64,000 nucleotides of DNA, from positions 1 through 64,000 of the IMG/VR virus record IMGVR_UViG_3300005366_000002. One strand, written 5' to 3'. A program made the translations under genes and the position numbers. Positions 53,884 through 63,229 of the stretch are shown piece after piece. The notes beneath the pieces are model-generated. The model saw only the letters and a list, made by a program, of their open reading frames with translations. It had not been told where the DNA came from and made no database searches. Numbering within the stretch: the first letter of the stretch is position 1; every line of letters begins with the position of its first letter. Source of the DNA: a virus.

Positions 53884-54102
53884 ATGACTCGTCGACTCGT
53901 CCTCCAGGCCAAGCAGCGCCTGGCTGAATCCAAAGTGATCGCCAAGATCGGACCGATCAAGCACGGCGACTTCCATCGCTGGCTCGGCAAGTCCGAGGAC
54001 GAGCCCATCACGGAAGCCGACATCGCCAAGGGCAAGGCCGCCGGCGGACACGCTGCCAAGATGGCGCAGTTCGCGGAGAACGCCAAGCACTGGCACCACT
54101 GA
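53884..54102 (+). CDS. Small putative internal virion protein (leader motif)
   Basis: MTRRLVLQAKQRLAES. Confidence 0.7.
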   Translation: MTRRLVLQAKQRLAESKVIAKIGPIKHGDFHRWLGKSEDEPITEADIAKGKAAGGHAAKMAQFAENAKHWHH

Positions 54103-54129
54103 AGGTCTGTGGAAGCCGAACAAAGGAAC

Positions 54130-54753
54130 ATGATGCAAACGCTGAAACTCCAAGCCAAGGAACGACTGCTGGCGACTGCCGACATCGTGCAGGACACGGT
54201 GCCTCCGTCGTCTTACGTCGCAGCTGACGTGGACGAGGACGCGCGCACCGAGCTGGAACGCCAGCTGGGCAAGGCGGAACACGGCGAGCACGAAGCCGAG
54301 AAGGCCGGTGACGACGTCGCCGAGAGCCGCTACAAGGACCTGATGAGCGAAATGGACACCGCATTGTCGCACGGCTCCGATTCGGTCGCAGCCGTGAAGG
54401 CCAACGACACGTCGGATCAACCCGGCATGACGGTCGCTGATCCCGCGCTGCGTCCCCAGATGCAGCACGCACTGGGCCCGGAAGGCATGCTGACGCTCAA
54501 CGCCTCGCTGTTCAACGAGACGGAGCTGAAGGAGCTGGCCCAGCTGAACGCCAAGGACTCGCTGGTTCAAGCCGACACGGAAGACCCGATCTCCGACGGC
54601 GCCGCCTACGACCTGCTGGTCGATGGCGATCCGTCCGAAGAGGAGCCGGTCGTCCAGGAACTGACGAACAACGACGGCTCCACGGAAGCGCCGGACGATC
54701 AGCCCCTGCTGGTCGACGACGTGCCGCCTGCCATCCCGGTCATGAAGGCCTGA
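54130..54753 (+). CDS. Acidic putative internal head protein (leader motif)
   Basis: MMQTLKLQAKERLLA; several VKA/LNA/VQA sites. Confidence 0.7.
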   Translation: MMQTLKLQAKERLLATADIVQDTVPPSSYVAADVDEDARTELERQLGKAEHGEHEAEKAGDDVAESRYKDLMSEMDTALSHGSDSVAAVKANDTSDQPGMTVADPALRPQMQHALGPEGMLTLNASLFNETELKELAQLNAKDSLVQADTEDPISDGAAYDLLVDGDPSEEEPVVQELTNNDGSTEAPDDQPLLVDDVPPAIPVMKA

Positions 54754-54790
54754 TCGGAGCTCCAGGAGCGAACGATAAATAGAGGTCACT

Positions 54791-55480
54791 ATGGGTCCAC
54801 AGTCCAAACCGTTGGTGAAGCCGCCGGGTCCACTTGACTTCCCGCGGAACTTCAATCCGCACGCGGTCGCCATCTGGTTTGCCGCGTGCCGTTCGCTCCC
54901 ACAAGATACCAGGTCGGCCTGGACTACAGCCATTGCCCGTTACAGGGCCGGTTGCAAGTCCGCCGGCCTCAGTCCATTTGTGGACCCGAAGCAGGACACG
55001 GACATCGCGATCCGCAACTACCTGTTCATGCAGCGCACCGTCTTCGTCCGCGCCATGAACGTCACCGGGTTGACCAGGGACCTGAAGGTGATTCGGCTCG
55101 TCCACCGAGAGTGCCGCGTCGAGCCTTACGGGTTCTCGCTGATCGTCTCGGTGCAGTTTCAGATGGACGATCCCACCTGGATCAAGAGTCTGTTCAGGCT
55201 CAAGGGTGGCTATCGGTTCAGCCCTGCGCGTGATGTCCACCGTCGCTACTGCATGGAGCTTGACCCTGGGCTCACGGTGTTCGTCTACAACGACAGCATC
55301 AACGGGCCGCGTCGCTGGCACATCGGCTACGAGATCAAGTGCCCGATCGCTCCCATGTGGAGCTCCGATGGTCCTGCTGATGCGGCGACCAAGGAGCAGT
55401 ACGTCCTCGACAACCTGTGGGCGCCCCTGATGAACACGTACAGGGAGCGTCGACGCCTCGACAGGATTCGCCGGCTATGA
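54791..55480 (+). CDS. Hypothetical protein
   Basis: Preceded by AACGATAAATA and a GAGG RBS. Confidence 0.7.
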   Translation: MGPQSKPLVKPPGPLDFPRNFNPHAVAIWFAACRSLPQDTRSAWTTAIARYRAGCKSAGLSPFVDPKQDTDIAIRNYLFMQRTVFVRAMNVTGLTRDLKVIRLVHRECRVEPYGFSLIVSVQFQMDDPTWIKSLFRLKGGYRFSPARDVHRRYCMELDPGLTVFVYNDSINGPRRWHIGYEIKCPIAPMWSSDGPADAATKEQYVLDNLWAPLMNTYRERRRLDRIRRL

Positions 55481-55809
55481 GCAAAGAGCTGACCTTCACC
55501 TGGAACCGCGACGGTGCCGAAGGGGACGTCAGCGCTGTCTCGTTTCCTCAGGCGCTGGATCGCGCGAAGGTCCAGTTCCTGAAGAAGAGGGGCTGCGGTC
55601 CCGGGACCGCCAAGTTCCGCATCAACAAGGAAGAACTGCGCGATCGGTTCTTCAAGATCGGGCTCAGTCCGCTGACGTTTCAGCGGTACAAGGAGCTCTA
55701 CCTGGGCTTCAAGGAGGATCAGCTGAGTCCGGCTGACCTGGAGGAGCTCGCCCAATTCCAATCGTTCTACAAAGCAAGGTCTGCATATGAACACGAGTAC
55801 AAGCGCTGA
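55477..55809 (+). CDS. Hypothetical protein
   Basis: ATGA overlap. Confidence 0.6.
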   Translation: MSKELTFTWNRDGAEGDVSAVSFPQALDRAKVQFLKKRGCGPGTAKFRINKEELRDRFFKIGLSPLTFQRYKELYLGFKEDQLSPADLEELAQFQSFYKARSAYEHEYKR

Positions 55810-58800
55810 ACGCCAAGCTCTCGTCGAAGCCCACCTGGCGGTTCGCCCGATGACGAACCTCGTCCCGCACGAGGAGTTCGCGCTGACCAAGGAGCAGCTG
55901 AACAGCGGCTTCATGGGTGTCTTCAACTGGAACTATGAAGGCGATCCCCGCAAGACCCTGCTGAAGGTCGCGCTGGGTCCCATCATGGACATGACGGCCA
56001 TGATCACCGGCAAGATGCCGGTCGGCAAGACCGAGGAAGACCGCAAGAACCGGAAGCTGAAGAACCAGAGCCTCCGCAAGTTCGCCGAGAACCGCCTGAA
56101 GTCCAACCTGGCGCAGTACACGACGCTCCAGAAGGTCAACAAGGGCGACGACTCCTACTTCCTGGTCGGCCTCCCGATCGCGAAGTTCACGGGTCCCGAC
56201 AGCGCGGCTGCCCTGATCTCCCTGTTCGACGGCCCGGCCTTGACCGAGGAAGGTCGCGCCAACATCGAATCGTCCATGAAGAACGTGGACGAGAAGTCGG
56301 TGGCCGTGTTCCCCGCTGCCCAGGCCCTGAAGGGCGCTGGCCTCGCCCCGAAGGCCATGAAGGTCTTCAGCGAAGCTCTCGTCGACGTGCGCTACAAGAC
56401 CGTCCAGGGTCAGGGCACGATGATGTTCCTGACCCTGAAGCTCGACAAGGCTGCCGCGCAGTACATCACGAGCCAGGACTGGGTCGAGATCCGTCCGTCT
56501 GACGTGTACCCGCTGATGGTCGGCTGGGTCGAGGCCGAGTACGTGTCGGTCAACTACGGCAAGACGTCTATGTCGATGTCGAAGATCGCGACGACGCTGC
56601 CCAAGCACCTGCCGGGTGACGAGCGCGTCGACGCCTTCAACATCGGCATCCTCACCTCCGGCGAGCCCATCTGGATTCCCAAGGAGTGCGACAACACGGA
56701 GCGCTACGAGTCCATGTACTCGGCGGCCGGCTCCAAGGAGAACGGCGAGTTCGCGCTGCGTCAGCTGGGCCAAGAAGTCGAGCCGCATCTGCCGAACAAC
56801 ATCCCGATCCTCACCGACTGGGTCAACAACAAGTTCACGTACTCGAACTCCGTGGGCAAGCCGGTCATCCTCGACCTGGCCCACCTGCGCAAGTGCACCG
56901 CCTCGATGGCGCTCAACGTCCTTCGCCGGGACATGAGCGAGGACTACGTCAAGACCATCAGCTACTACGCGAAGGAGTGCCGCGTCTCGATCGCCGCAAC
57001 CGACTACGGCGCCACGTCGGTCCTCGGTGCCTTCGGCTCGAAGCCGAACCTCGAGATCGGCGACTACGCGGTCTTCGCCTTCAAGACCTGGATGGAGATC
57101 ACGAAGAGCGCGCACCTGCGCTACTACGACGTGATGGACAGCCTGACCCTGAAGGCTGACAACGAGGGCACGCCGGTCACCAAGGACTCGATCGTCGACA
57201 ACCCGGAGATGTTGCTCGAGCCAATCGCGCGGTTCATCAAGGCCCTCGTGCCGTCGATGATCGCCAACCTCGAGGCTCTGTTCGTCCGCTACGCCGTCAA
57301 GACCATGACGGAGCAGCTCGGCCTGCTGGCTCTCCTGGCCAACTACGGTGCGGACCTGACAAAGACGACGGTCGAGTCCAACACGATCAACAAGGCTGCG
57401 CTCCAGCAGGGCGTCCTGCCTGGGTGGACTCCGCCTCCGATCCCGCTCCTGACCTCGAAGTTCCAGTCGGAGAACGGCGGTCTCCTGCCTCACCAGCTGA
57501 AGATCCGCAACATCCTGCGTGACCGTCCTGACCTGGCTGCCCTGCCGGTCGATGCCGGTGGCGGCAAGTCCATGCTGGCCATCACGGATGTCCTGAACGA
57601 GGTGGCGGCTGGCGAGAGCGCTCCGTACCTGGTGATGTGCCCGTCCCACCTGGTCGCCAACTACGTGTCGGAGATCGTGGAGTTCACGGATGGCAAGGTC
57701 AACGTGATCCCGGTCACGACCTACAACATCCAGACGACTGGCCTCAAGCGCTTCCAGGAGATCCTGGAGACGGCGCCGATCAACACGATCCTCGTGGTCG
57801 ACTACGACTGCCTGAAGTACATGGGTCGTGCCACGGTCTACGGTACTTCGACGATCTACGTCTACCCGATCGTGGAGATGATCCGCCGCTTCAAGCCTGG
57901 CTACGTCTTCATGGACGAGTCGCACTTCCTGCGCAACGCCGGCAACGCCCGCTTCAAGGCGGTGATGACGCTGGTCGCTGACATCAAGAAGAAGCGCGTG
58001 GCGTCCGGTACGATGAACCCGGACAGCCCGTCTGACCTGCCGGGCCAGATGGCGATCCTCGACCCGACGATCTTCGGCACGCGTGCCCAGTTCAACGCGA
58101 AGTACGGCGACAAGGTCAGTGGCAACCGCGTGCTGTCCTGGAAGACGACGGGTCCTGACTCGATCAACACCGTGCTGCCGACGCTGCAGAACTCGGTGGT
58201 CTGGGCTCCGGCCAAGCGCAAGGAGTGGGCGTGCGCGCTGCCTCCGCGTCGCGACCGCTTCCTCGCCGTCACGCTGACGGACGCGCAGATGGCGGTCTAC
58301 GACGCTCTGTTCGACGAGATGGTGGAGTCGATCCGCAAGAAGGCCGAGACCGACAAGAACGCGAAGAAGCTGCTGGACAAGCTGACCGGCAAGGCCGCGA
58401 CCGCCGAAGACGAGGCCGCGTTCTCCGACCTGGGCGGCGACAAGGAGAAGGGCGACGCTGAAGGCGGTGACGACGAGGAGGATGAAGACGAAGAGGACGT
58501 GGGTCCTGCGCTGCAACCCTACCTCGCCAACATCGAGCGGTTCGTCAGCAACCCTGCGTGGCACCCGTACGCCAAGCATGGTTTCAAGGATCGCAACGGC
58601 AAGGTCCACCCACCTCTCTCCGGTGAAGACCTGATCTCGCCGAAGGCTCGCGAGCTGGCGAAGCAACTGAAGCTCTACCTGGACTCGCACGAGACCAAGG
58701 CGCTGATCTTCACGAACTACAACGAGACCACCGACTCGCTGTTCAACGCGATGCCGGAGGAACTCCGGTCCTGCGGTCTGCTGTACAAGACCGGCAACAA

Positions 58801-60739
58801 GACCGAGTTCGTGAACCGTTTCAAGACGGACCCGAAGATCCGCTGGATGATCGGCATCCGCAAGTCGCTCGAAGTCGGTCTGAACCTCCAGCAAGCCGGC
58901 TACCTGGTCCGCATGGAAGGCGTGTGGAACCCAGGCGAGCAGGAGCAGGGTGACTCCCGGATCGAACGCCCGAACTTCTCGGTTCAGGGCGACCAGCGGA
59001 CAGAGCTGCTGTTCGACACGATCGTGGCCAACTACACGATCGACATCACCAAGGCCGCGCGTCTGCGTGCCAAGATCGTGGCGCTCGCCAAGTTCGACAA
59101 CTCGCGGAACCCCGCGTACAACGACGAAGCGATCCCGCCGATCCCGGTCATCCCGATGAACCTGGAGACGATCAAGACGATGAACGACTTCAACTCGAAC
59201 CTGGCCAAGTACCAGTCGTCGATGAAGGCGCTCAACGACATCACGCAGGCCGAGTATAAGGAGTACAAGGAGCAGACGATCGCCGAGGGCGGCTTCAAGT
59301 TCACGCAAGTCGAGCAGGCGCCGGTTCCTCCGGGTGCGGCCATGCTGGCCCGCGTGCCTTACGCCCAAGGCACCGAGCTCTACAGCGCCAAGGAGATGGG
59401 GCTGATCCGCGTCGACAACTACCTGGGCATGGAGCTGACCCAGGAGGACGAGGAAGGCGACGACGAGACGCCGGAAGTCGAAGACGACAGCACCGACTCG
59501 GAAGTCGTGAAGGAGCAGCGCGCGAAGGTCATGGGCAAGCGTTGCCACTGCGAGTTCGGCGACGGTCGCATCAGCGGTGCGGCTGCGATCGGCGGCAAGG
59601 GCTTCGTGACCCGGATCAACGTGGCGCTCGACGACGGGACTGCGGCGGTCAAGCTGAAGGCGACCAACGTGTTCATCATGACGCGTACGGAGACCAACGG
59701 CATCGACATGCGGAACAAGCTGGCGCAAGCGGCCGGCCTGGAGGTCACTGCTCCGATCACCGTGCCTGGTACGGTCATCCGCAATCGTCGCATCACCCGC
59801 AAGGAGATCGAGGAGCGCGAAGCCGAGCAGAAGAAGCAGGCGGTGCAGAAGAAGAGCCTGTTCGTCGAGAAGAAGTCGAAGCTGGCGGTCAACCTCGAGC
59901 TGACGCTGATGAACGGCTACATCCGGCTGTCCTACGCGATGGGCGAGAACGACACGGCGTCCAAGGCGCTCCAGGCCCTGGGCTTCCGCAAGGATCCCAG
60001 CTACTACGAGACCCGCGTCCGCTCTGCGTCTCAGCTGATCAAGCAGGCGAAGCTCTGGGTGGAGCATGGTCTCGACACGACGAACGCGACCGACAACGAC
60101 GCGTTCGAACTGCTGTTCGACGAGCTGCAAGGTGGCAACCTCTCGCACCCGAAGCTCTACACGCAGCTGGTGTCGAAGCCAGGGTTCAACAACTTCATGC
60201 GCCAGGAGTTCAAGCCGAGCGCCGACAAGACCAAGCTCAACCTGTTCGCCCTGGTCGTCAACGACGGCCACACGAACATGGCGGAGCAGGCCGACGCGGC
60301 GAAGCAAGAGCGTGAGCCCTCCTACGGTGTGATCTATATGTGCCTGCCCGCAGGCCCTGGTCACCCGGCTTCGAAGATCGCGATCAGCCCGCAGATGAAG
60401 CACCCGTCGACCCGCTGGTTCCTCAGCTCGCCGACGCTGTCCATCTTCGTCAACAACTCCATGGGAGCGCGGAAGGTGCTGAAGTCCATCATGGACGCCG
60501 GCATCGTCATCGAGAACATGGACGAGCTGAAGCGTGACAACGCGCGCCTCAAGCTGGCACGCCTCGCCAAGGACGACGAGTTCATCGACGTCCACGCTGA
60601 TCCGGAGACCAACTCCGGTGATGACGACGAGGATCCGGACGAACGCCGCGAGCTCCAGCGCAAGACGAAGATGAACCGTGAGCAGGCTCCGAAGAAGCCG
60701 GTGAAGCCGGTGCCGAAGAAGCCTGCTGGTCGTCGCTGA
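55787..60739 (+). CDS. Very large SNF2-family helicase/ATPase
   Basis: LLPHQ, DAGGGKS, MCP, MDESH, SGT, GLNLQ, WNPG..EQ..SRIER. Confidence 0.85.
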   Translation: MNTSTSAERQALVEAHLAVRPMTNLVPHEEFALTKEQLNSGFMGVFNWNYEGDPRKTLLKVALGPIMDMTAMITGKMPVGKTEEDRKNRKLKNQSLRKFAENRLKSNLAQYTTLQKVNKGDDSYFLVGLPIAKFTGPDSAAALISLFDGPALTEEGRANIESSMKNVDEKSVAVFPAAQALKGAGLAPKAMKVFSEALVDVRYKTVQGQGTMMFLTLKLDKAAAQYITSQDWVEIRPSDVYPLMVGWVEAEYVSVNYGKTSMSMSKIATTLPKHLPGDERVDAFNIGILTSGEPIWIPKECDNTERYESMYSAAGSKENGEFALRQLGQEVEPHLPNNIPILTDWVNNKFTYSNSVGKPVILDLAHLRKCTASMALNVLRRDMSEDYVKTISYYAKECRVSIAATDYGATSVLGAFGSKPNLEIGDYAVFAFKTWMEITKSAHLRYYDVMDSLTLKADNEGTPVTKDSIVDNPEMLLEPIARFIKALVPSMIANLEALFVRYAVKTMTEQLGLLALLANYGADLTKTTVESNTINKAALQQGVLPGWTPPPIPLLTSKFQSENGGLLPHQLKIRNILRDRPDLAALPVDAGGGKSMLAITDVLNEVAAGESAPYLVMCPSHLVANYVSEIVEFTDGKVNVIPVTTYNIQTTGLKRFQEILETAPINTILVVDYDCLKYMGRATVYGTSTIYVYPIVEMIRRFKPGYVFMDESHFLRNAGNARFKAVMTLVADIKKKRVASGTMNPDSPSDLPGQMAILDPTIFGTRAQFNAKYGDKVSGNRVLSWKTTGPDSINTVLPTLQNSVVWAPAKRKEWACALPPRRDRFLAVTLTDAQMAVYDALFDEMVESIRKKAETDKNAKKLLDKLTGKAATAEDEAAFSDLGGDKEKGDAEGGDDEEDEDEEDVGPALQPYLANIERFVSNPAWHPYAKHGFKDRNGKVHPPLSGEDLISPKARELAKQLKLYLDSHETKALIFTNYNETTDSLFNAMPEELRSCGLLYKTGNKTEFVNRFKTDPKIRWMIGIRKSLEVGLNLQQAGYLVRMEGVWNPGEQEQGDSRIERPNFSVQGDQRTELLFDTIVANYTIDITKAARLRAKIVALAKFDNSRNPAYNDEAIPPIPVIPMNLETIKTMNDFNSNLAKYQSSMKALNDITQAEYKEYKEQTIAEGGFKFTQVEQAPVPPGAAMLARVPYAQGTELYSAKEMGLIRVDNYLGMELTQEDEEGDDETPEVEDDSTDSEVVKEQRAKVMGKRCHCEFGDGRISGAAAIGGKGFVTRINVALDDGTAAVKLKATNVFIMTRTETNGIDMRNKLAQAAGLEVTAPITVPGTVIRNRRITRKEIEEREAEQKKQAVQKKSLFVEKKSKLAVNLELTLMNGYIRLSYAMGENDTASKALQALGFRKDPSYYETRVRSASQLIKQAKLWVEHGLDTTNATDNDAFELLFDELQGGNLSHPKLYTQLVSKPGFNNFMRQEFKPSADKTKLNLFALVVNDGHTNMAEQADAAKQEREPSYGVIYMCLPAGPGHPASKIAISPQMKHPSTRWFLSSPTLSIFVNNSMGARKVLKSIMDAGIVIENMDELKRDNARLKLARLAKDDEFIDVHADPETNSGDDDEDPDERRELQRKTKMNREQAPKKPVKPVPKKPAGRR

Positions 60740-60751
60740 CCTGCGCAGTCC

Positions 60752-60791
60752 GCAATTTCATGAAGCACACGGGGCACCCTCGCGGTGCCCC
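60752..60791 (+). promoter_or_regulatory. GCAATTTCAT motif followed by a GGGGCACC/GGTGCCCC hairpin
   Basis: Intergenic, upstream of the head operon. Confidence 0.55.
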
Positions 60792-60812
60792 TCCCAACAT
60801 CAAGGAACAACC

Positions 60813-61328
60813 ATGCTGACCCTGAAGCAAGCAATGATCGAAGCCGGACACGTCCTCAGCGAGGGCGAAGGCTTCCTCGTCTCCGAGTTCCAGAAGGTCC
60901 GCGACTTTCTCCACAGCTCGGGCTTCGCCCACATCGGCGACAACTTCCACCTCTACGAGCAGGAAGTGGCGAAGCGCGCTGCCACCGTGAAGACTGTCGT
61001 CGAGGACGACGTCGCAAAGATCGAGGCGGCTGCGAAGAAGGCGGCGGAAGAAGCGGAGGCCGCCAAGGCCAAGGCCGAACAACTGGCGGCGGAAGCCAAG
61101 GCTGCCGAGGAGAAGGCCGTCGAGGAAGCGAAGAAGCTGGAAGCGGAGGCCAAGGCTGCCGCTGAAGCTGCTGCCGCCGAGACGGCGCGTGTCGCCGCGG
61201 AAGCTGCCGCCGCTGCGAACGCCGTCAAGGACGAGGCGACCAAGCTGGCCGGCCCTGCCGCTGAAGACGCCGAAGAAGGTGCGGCGTCCGAAGAAGCCGG
61301 CGACGCCGACCAAGCCCACAAGGAGTAA
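60813..61328 (+). CDS. Ala/Glu/Lys-rich coiled-coil protein
   Basis: Low-complexity helical repeats; AAGGA RBS. Confidence 0.75.
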   Translation: MLTLKQAMIEAGHVLSEGEGFLVSEFQKVRDFLHSSGFAHIGDNFHLYEQEVAKRAATVKTVVEDDVAKIEAAAKKAAEEAEAAKAKAEQLAAEAKAAEEKAVEEAKKLEAEAKAAAEAAAAETARVAAEAAAAANAVKDEATKLAGPAAEDAEEGAASEEAGDADQAHKE

Positions 61329-61331
61329 ACG

Positions 61332-61751
61332 ATGGCCCGAATCATTGGCAACGCCGGTCCCGGCATGAACCCGACGCGCACTGGTTCGGGTATCGACAAG
61401 CGCCGTTCCCCGTTCGCCCGCATCACGATCATCGCTGACGAAGACGGCGACGTCTTCCGTCTCCCGTCGTCCGATCTGTTCCCGAAGTTCGCCCAGGTCT
61501 ACCAGGGCATCTTCGTGCAAGGCCAAGGGCTGACTGGTGGCACGGTCCAGGTGGACGCGACGCTGGTTCCCGCTGACCAGGCGCTGAACCCTGCGCAGGA
61601 CACGCCGGAGACCGGCGAGCAGTCCATCTGGCACGCGGACACCACGGTGGCCGTCGGCAACGCGATCTCCAAGCTGAGCTGCCCGTGCCCCTCGGCTCTT
61701 CGCATCACGTTCGCCAAGAAGGGCACGCTGCTCCACCTGGTGGGAGTCTGA
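61332..61751 (+). CDS. Putative structural protein
   Basis: Beta-rich; AAGGAG RBS; head operon context. Confidence 0.65.
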   Translation: MARIIGNAGPGMNPTRTGSGIDKRRSPFARITIIADEDGDVFRLPSSDLFPKFAQVYQGIFVQGQGLTGGTVQVDATLVPADQALNPAQDTPETGEQSIWHADTTVAVGNAISKLSCPCPSALRITFAKKGTLLHLVGV

Positions 61752-61752
61752 C

Positions 61753-62520
61753 ATGGGCTTTCCTCGACAATACTTCGACTCCGAAGAGCGAGCACGACTG
61801 CTGACGGCGGCTCAGCTCATCAAGGGCGTCGGCATTTCCCAGGAGCCTGCGGTCGATCTGGAGCACGCTCCCGAGATCATCAGCCGTCTCGACTTCGAGA
61901 CGTGGCTCCCGTTCGCGGCGAAGACGTACCACATCAGCCCGCGCATCGAGGACTACATCCTCAAGGCGATGCCGATCTGCCCGTCGGACTTCCCGAACCG
62001 CAACGGCATCGGGTTCCCGCTCGCCGAGCTGATCAAGTTCCAACCGCCGCCGATCAATCGACAGGTCTTCAAGGCCTGGACTGGCTGCCCGGTGCATCTG
62101 GAGCATGACAACGAGGACTGCACCAAAGCCTACGGTGTGATCTTCGACACGGCGCTGACGGCGATCTCCAAGTACGGCCAGGGCAAGCACTACAAGGTCA
62201 TGGGCCTCGTCGGGATCGACAAGACCAAGTACCCGGACATCGCGCAGGAGGTGATGGAGGGCAAGATCATCACCGGCTCCATGGGAGCGATGGCTGACGC
62301 GTTCACCTGTTCCGTCTGCGGCCGTGAAGCCCACGAGAACAAGTTCATGAACTGCGGCCACGTGGGCTCCACCAAGGAGGTCAACTGGCGGTACGTGGAC
62401 TACCAGGGCAAGCGCCACATCGCGTACCTCAACGCGCACGGCCTCTCGCCGATCGAGTACTCCCTGGTTCGCGACCCTGCGTGGGTCACGGCCCTGTCTG
62501 ACCACCAGATGAGCTGGTGA
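61753..62520 (+). CDS. Prohead (capsid maturation) protease
   Basis: PNRNG..F..EL, PVHLEH.N, GVIFD, IDKTKYP..A, GSMG, CSVCG, IEYSLVRDPA: HK97/herpes-type Ser-His protease pattern. Confidence 0.8.
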   Translation: MGFPRQYFDSEERARLLTAAQLIKGVGISQEPAVDLEHAPEIISRLDFETWLPFAAKTYHISPRIEDYILKAMPICPSDFPNRNGIGFPLAELIKFQPPPINRQVFKAWTGCPVHLEHDNEDCTKAYGVIFDTALTAISKYGQGKHYKVMGLVGIDKTKYPDIAQEVMEGKIITGSMGAMADAFTCSVCGREAHENKFMNCGHVGSTKEVNWRYVDYQGKRHIAYLNAHGLSPIEYSLVRDPAWVTALSDHQMSW

Positions 62521-62561
62521 CCTGAACTCAACGACCATCATCGACCATCATCGAGGAACTC

Positions 62562-62744
62562 ATGAAGAACCCGTACATCCGCAAGCTCGACCTGCAGGCG
62601 AAGTCGCGTCTGCAAGCCAGCACCAGTCTCCACGGAGACGACTACACGTCCGTGCCCAACGCCGAGAAGAACAGCGTCGGGCAGAAGCTGAACAACGGGG
62701 GCTCGGAAGCCCAGAAGGTCCAGCTGGCGTCCAAGAAGAAGTAA
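62562..62744 (+). CDS. Small putative virion protein (leader motif)
   Basis: KLDLQAKSRLQAS; GAGGA RBS. Confidence 0.7.
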   Translation: MKNPYIRKLDLQAKSRLQASTSLHGDDYTSVPNAEKNSVGQKLNNGGSEAQKVQLASKKK

Positions 62745-62805
62745 CTCGACGAGCACCTTCAAGGGGCACGGAGGGAGGGACGTGCTTCACACTTGGTAGA
62801 AACCA

Positions 62806-63213
62806 ATGGGTACGACGCACTTGCAGAGGATCAGTGTCTCGCAGCGTGCGTACATCGCGATCGTGGTCGCGATGATGGACGGTCGTATGAAGCTGGACCA
62901 AGGACCAGCTTCTACCGTCGCGCGCTACCTGCGGGCTCACAGGCCGCCCGAAGGGGTCCTGTGTCTGGTGGGAGAGTCTTTCAACGATCCGTTGCCCTTG
63001 CACTGCTTCTTGACCCACGTAGATGGGCGGAGGCTTGCCGACGCGAACAGAGTCTGCCGCATCCGCGGCCGGTTCTATGATTGGAAAGACAAAACAGGGA
63101 AGGCGATGAGCGGAGTGATCACGACGAGGATCCACGTTCACGTGCTCTACGGAGGTCCTATGATCTCCGCTGCGGCACTCCGACAACGGAGGGCCACCGA
63201 CTTACGAACTTGA
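62806..63213 (+). CDS. Hypothetical protein (paralogue of 37878)
   Basis: DQ..TV..LR.HR..V..VG..P..H.F..G..D shared with 37878. Confidence 0.6.
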   Translation: MGTTHLQRISVSQRAYIAIVVAMMDGRMKLDQGPASTVARYLRAHRPPEGVLCLVGESFNDPLPLHCFLTHVDGRRLADANRVCRIRGRFYDWKDKTGKAMSGVITTRIHVHVLYGGPMISAAALRQRRATDLRT

Positions 63214-63229
63214 GACACTGGAGTGGTCA

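Noticed and set aside
55709-60595. Very long antisense ORFs (1628 aa here; also 48309-50768, 43619-46162, 40884-43049, 23168-24988, 7301-9190, 9689-11635)
   Set aside because: They are shadows of real genes on the opposite strand caused by strong GC3 bias, and they have no recognisable motifs.
60813-61328. TolA-like similarity
   Set aside because: Ala/Glu/Lys low complexity only; no TM anchor or TolA C-terminal domain.
62532-62553. CGACCATCAT tandem duplication before the small leader-motif gene
   Set aside because: Two 10-bp copies only; most likely slippage with no supportable function.
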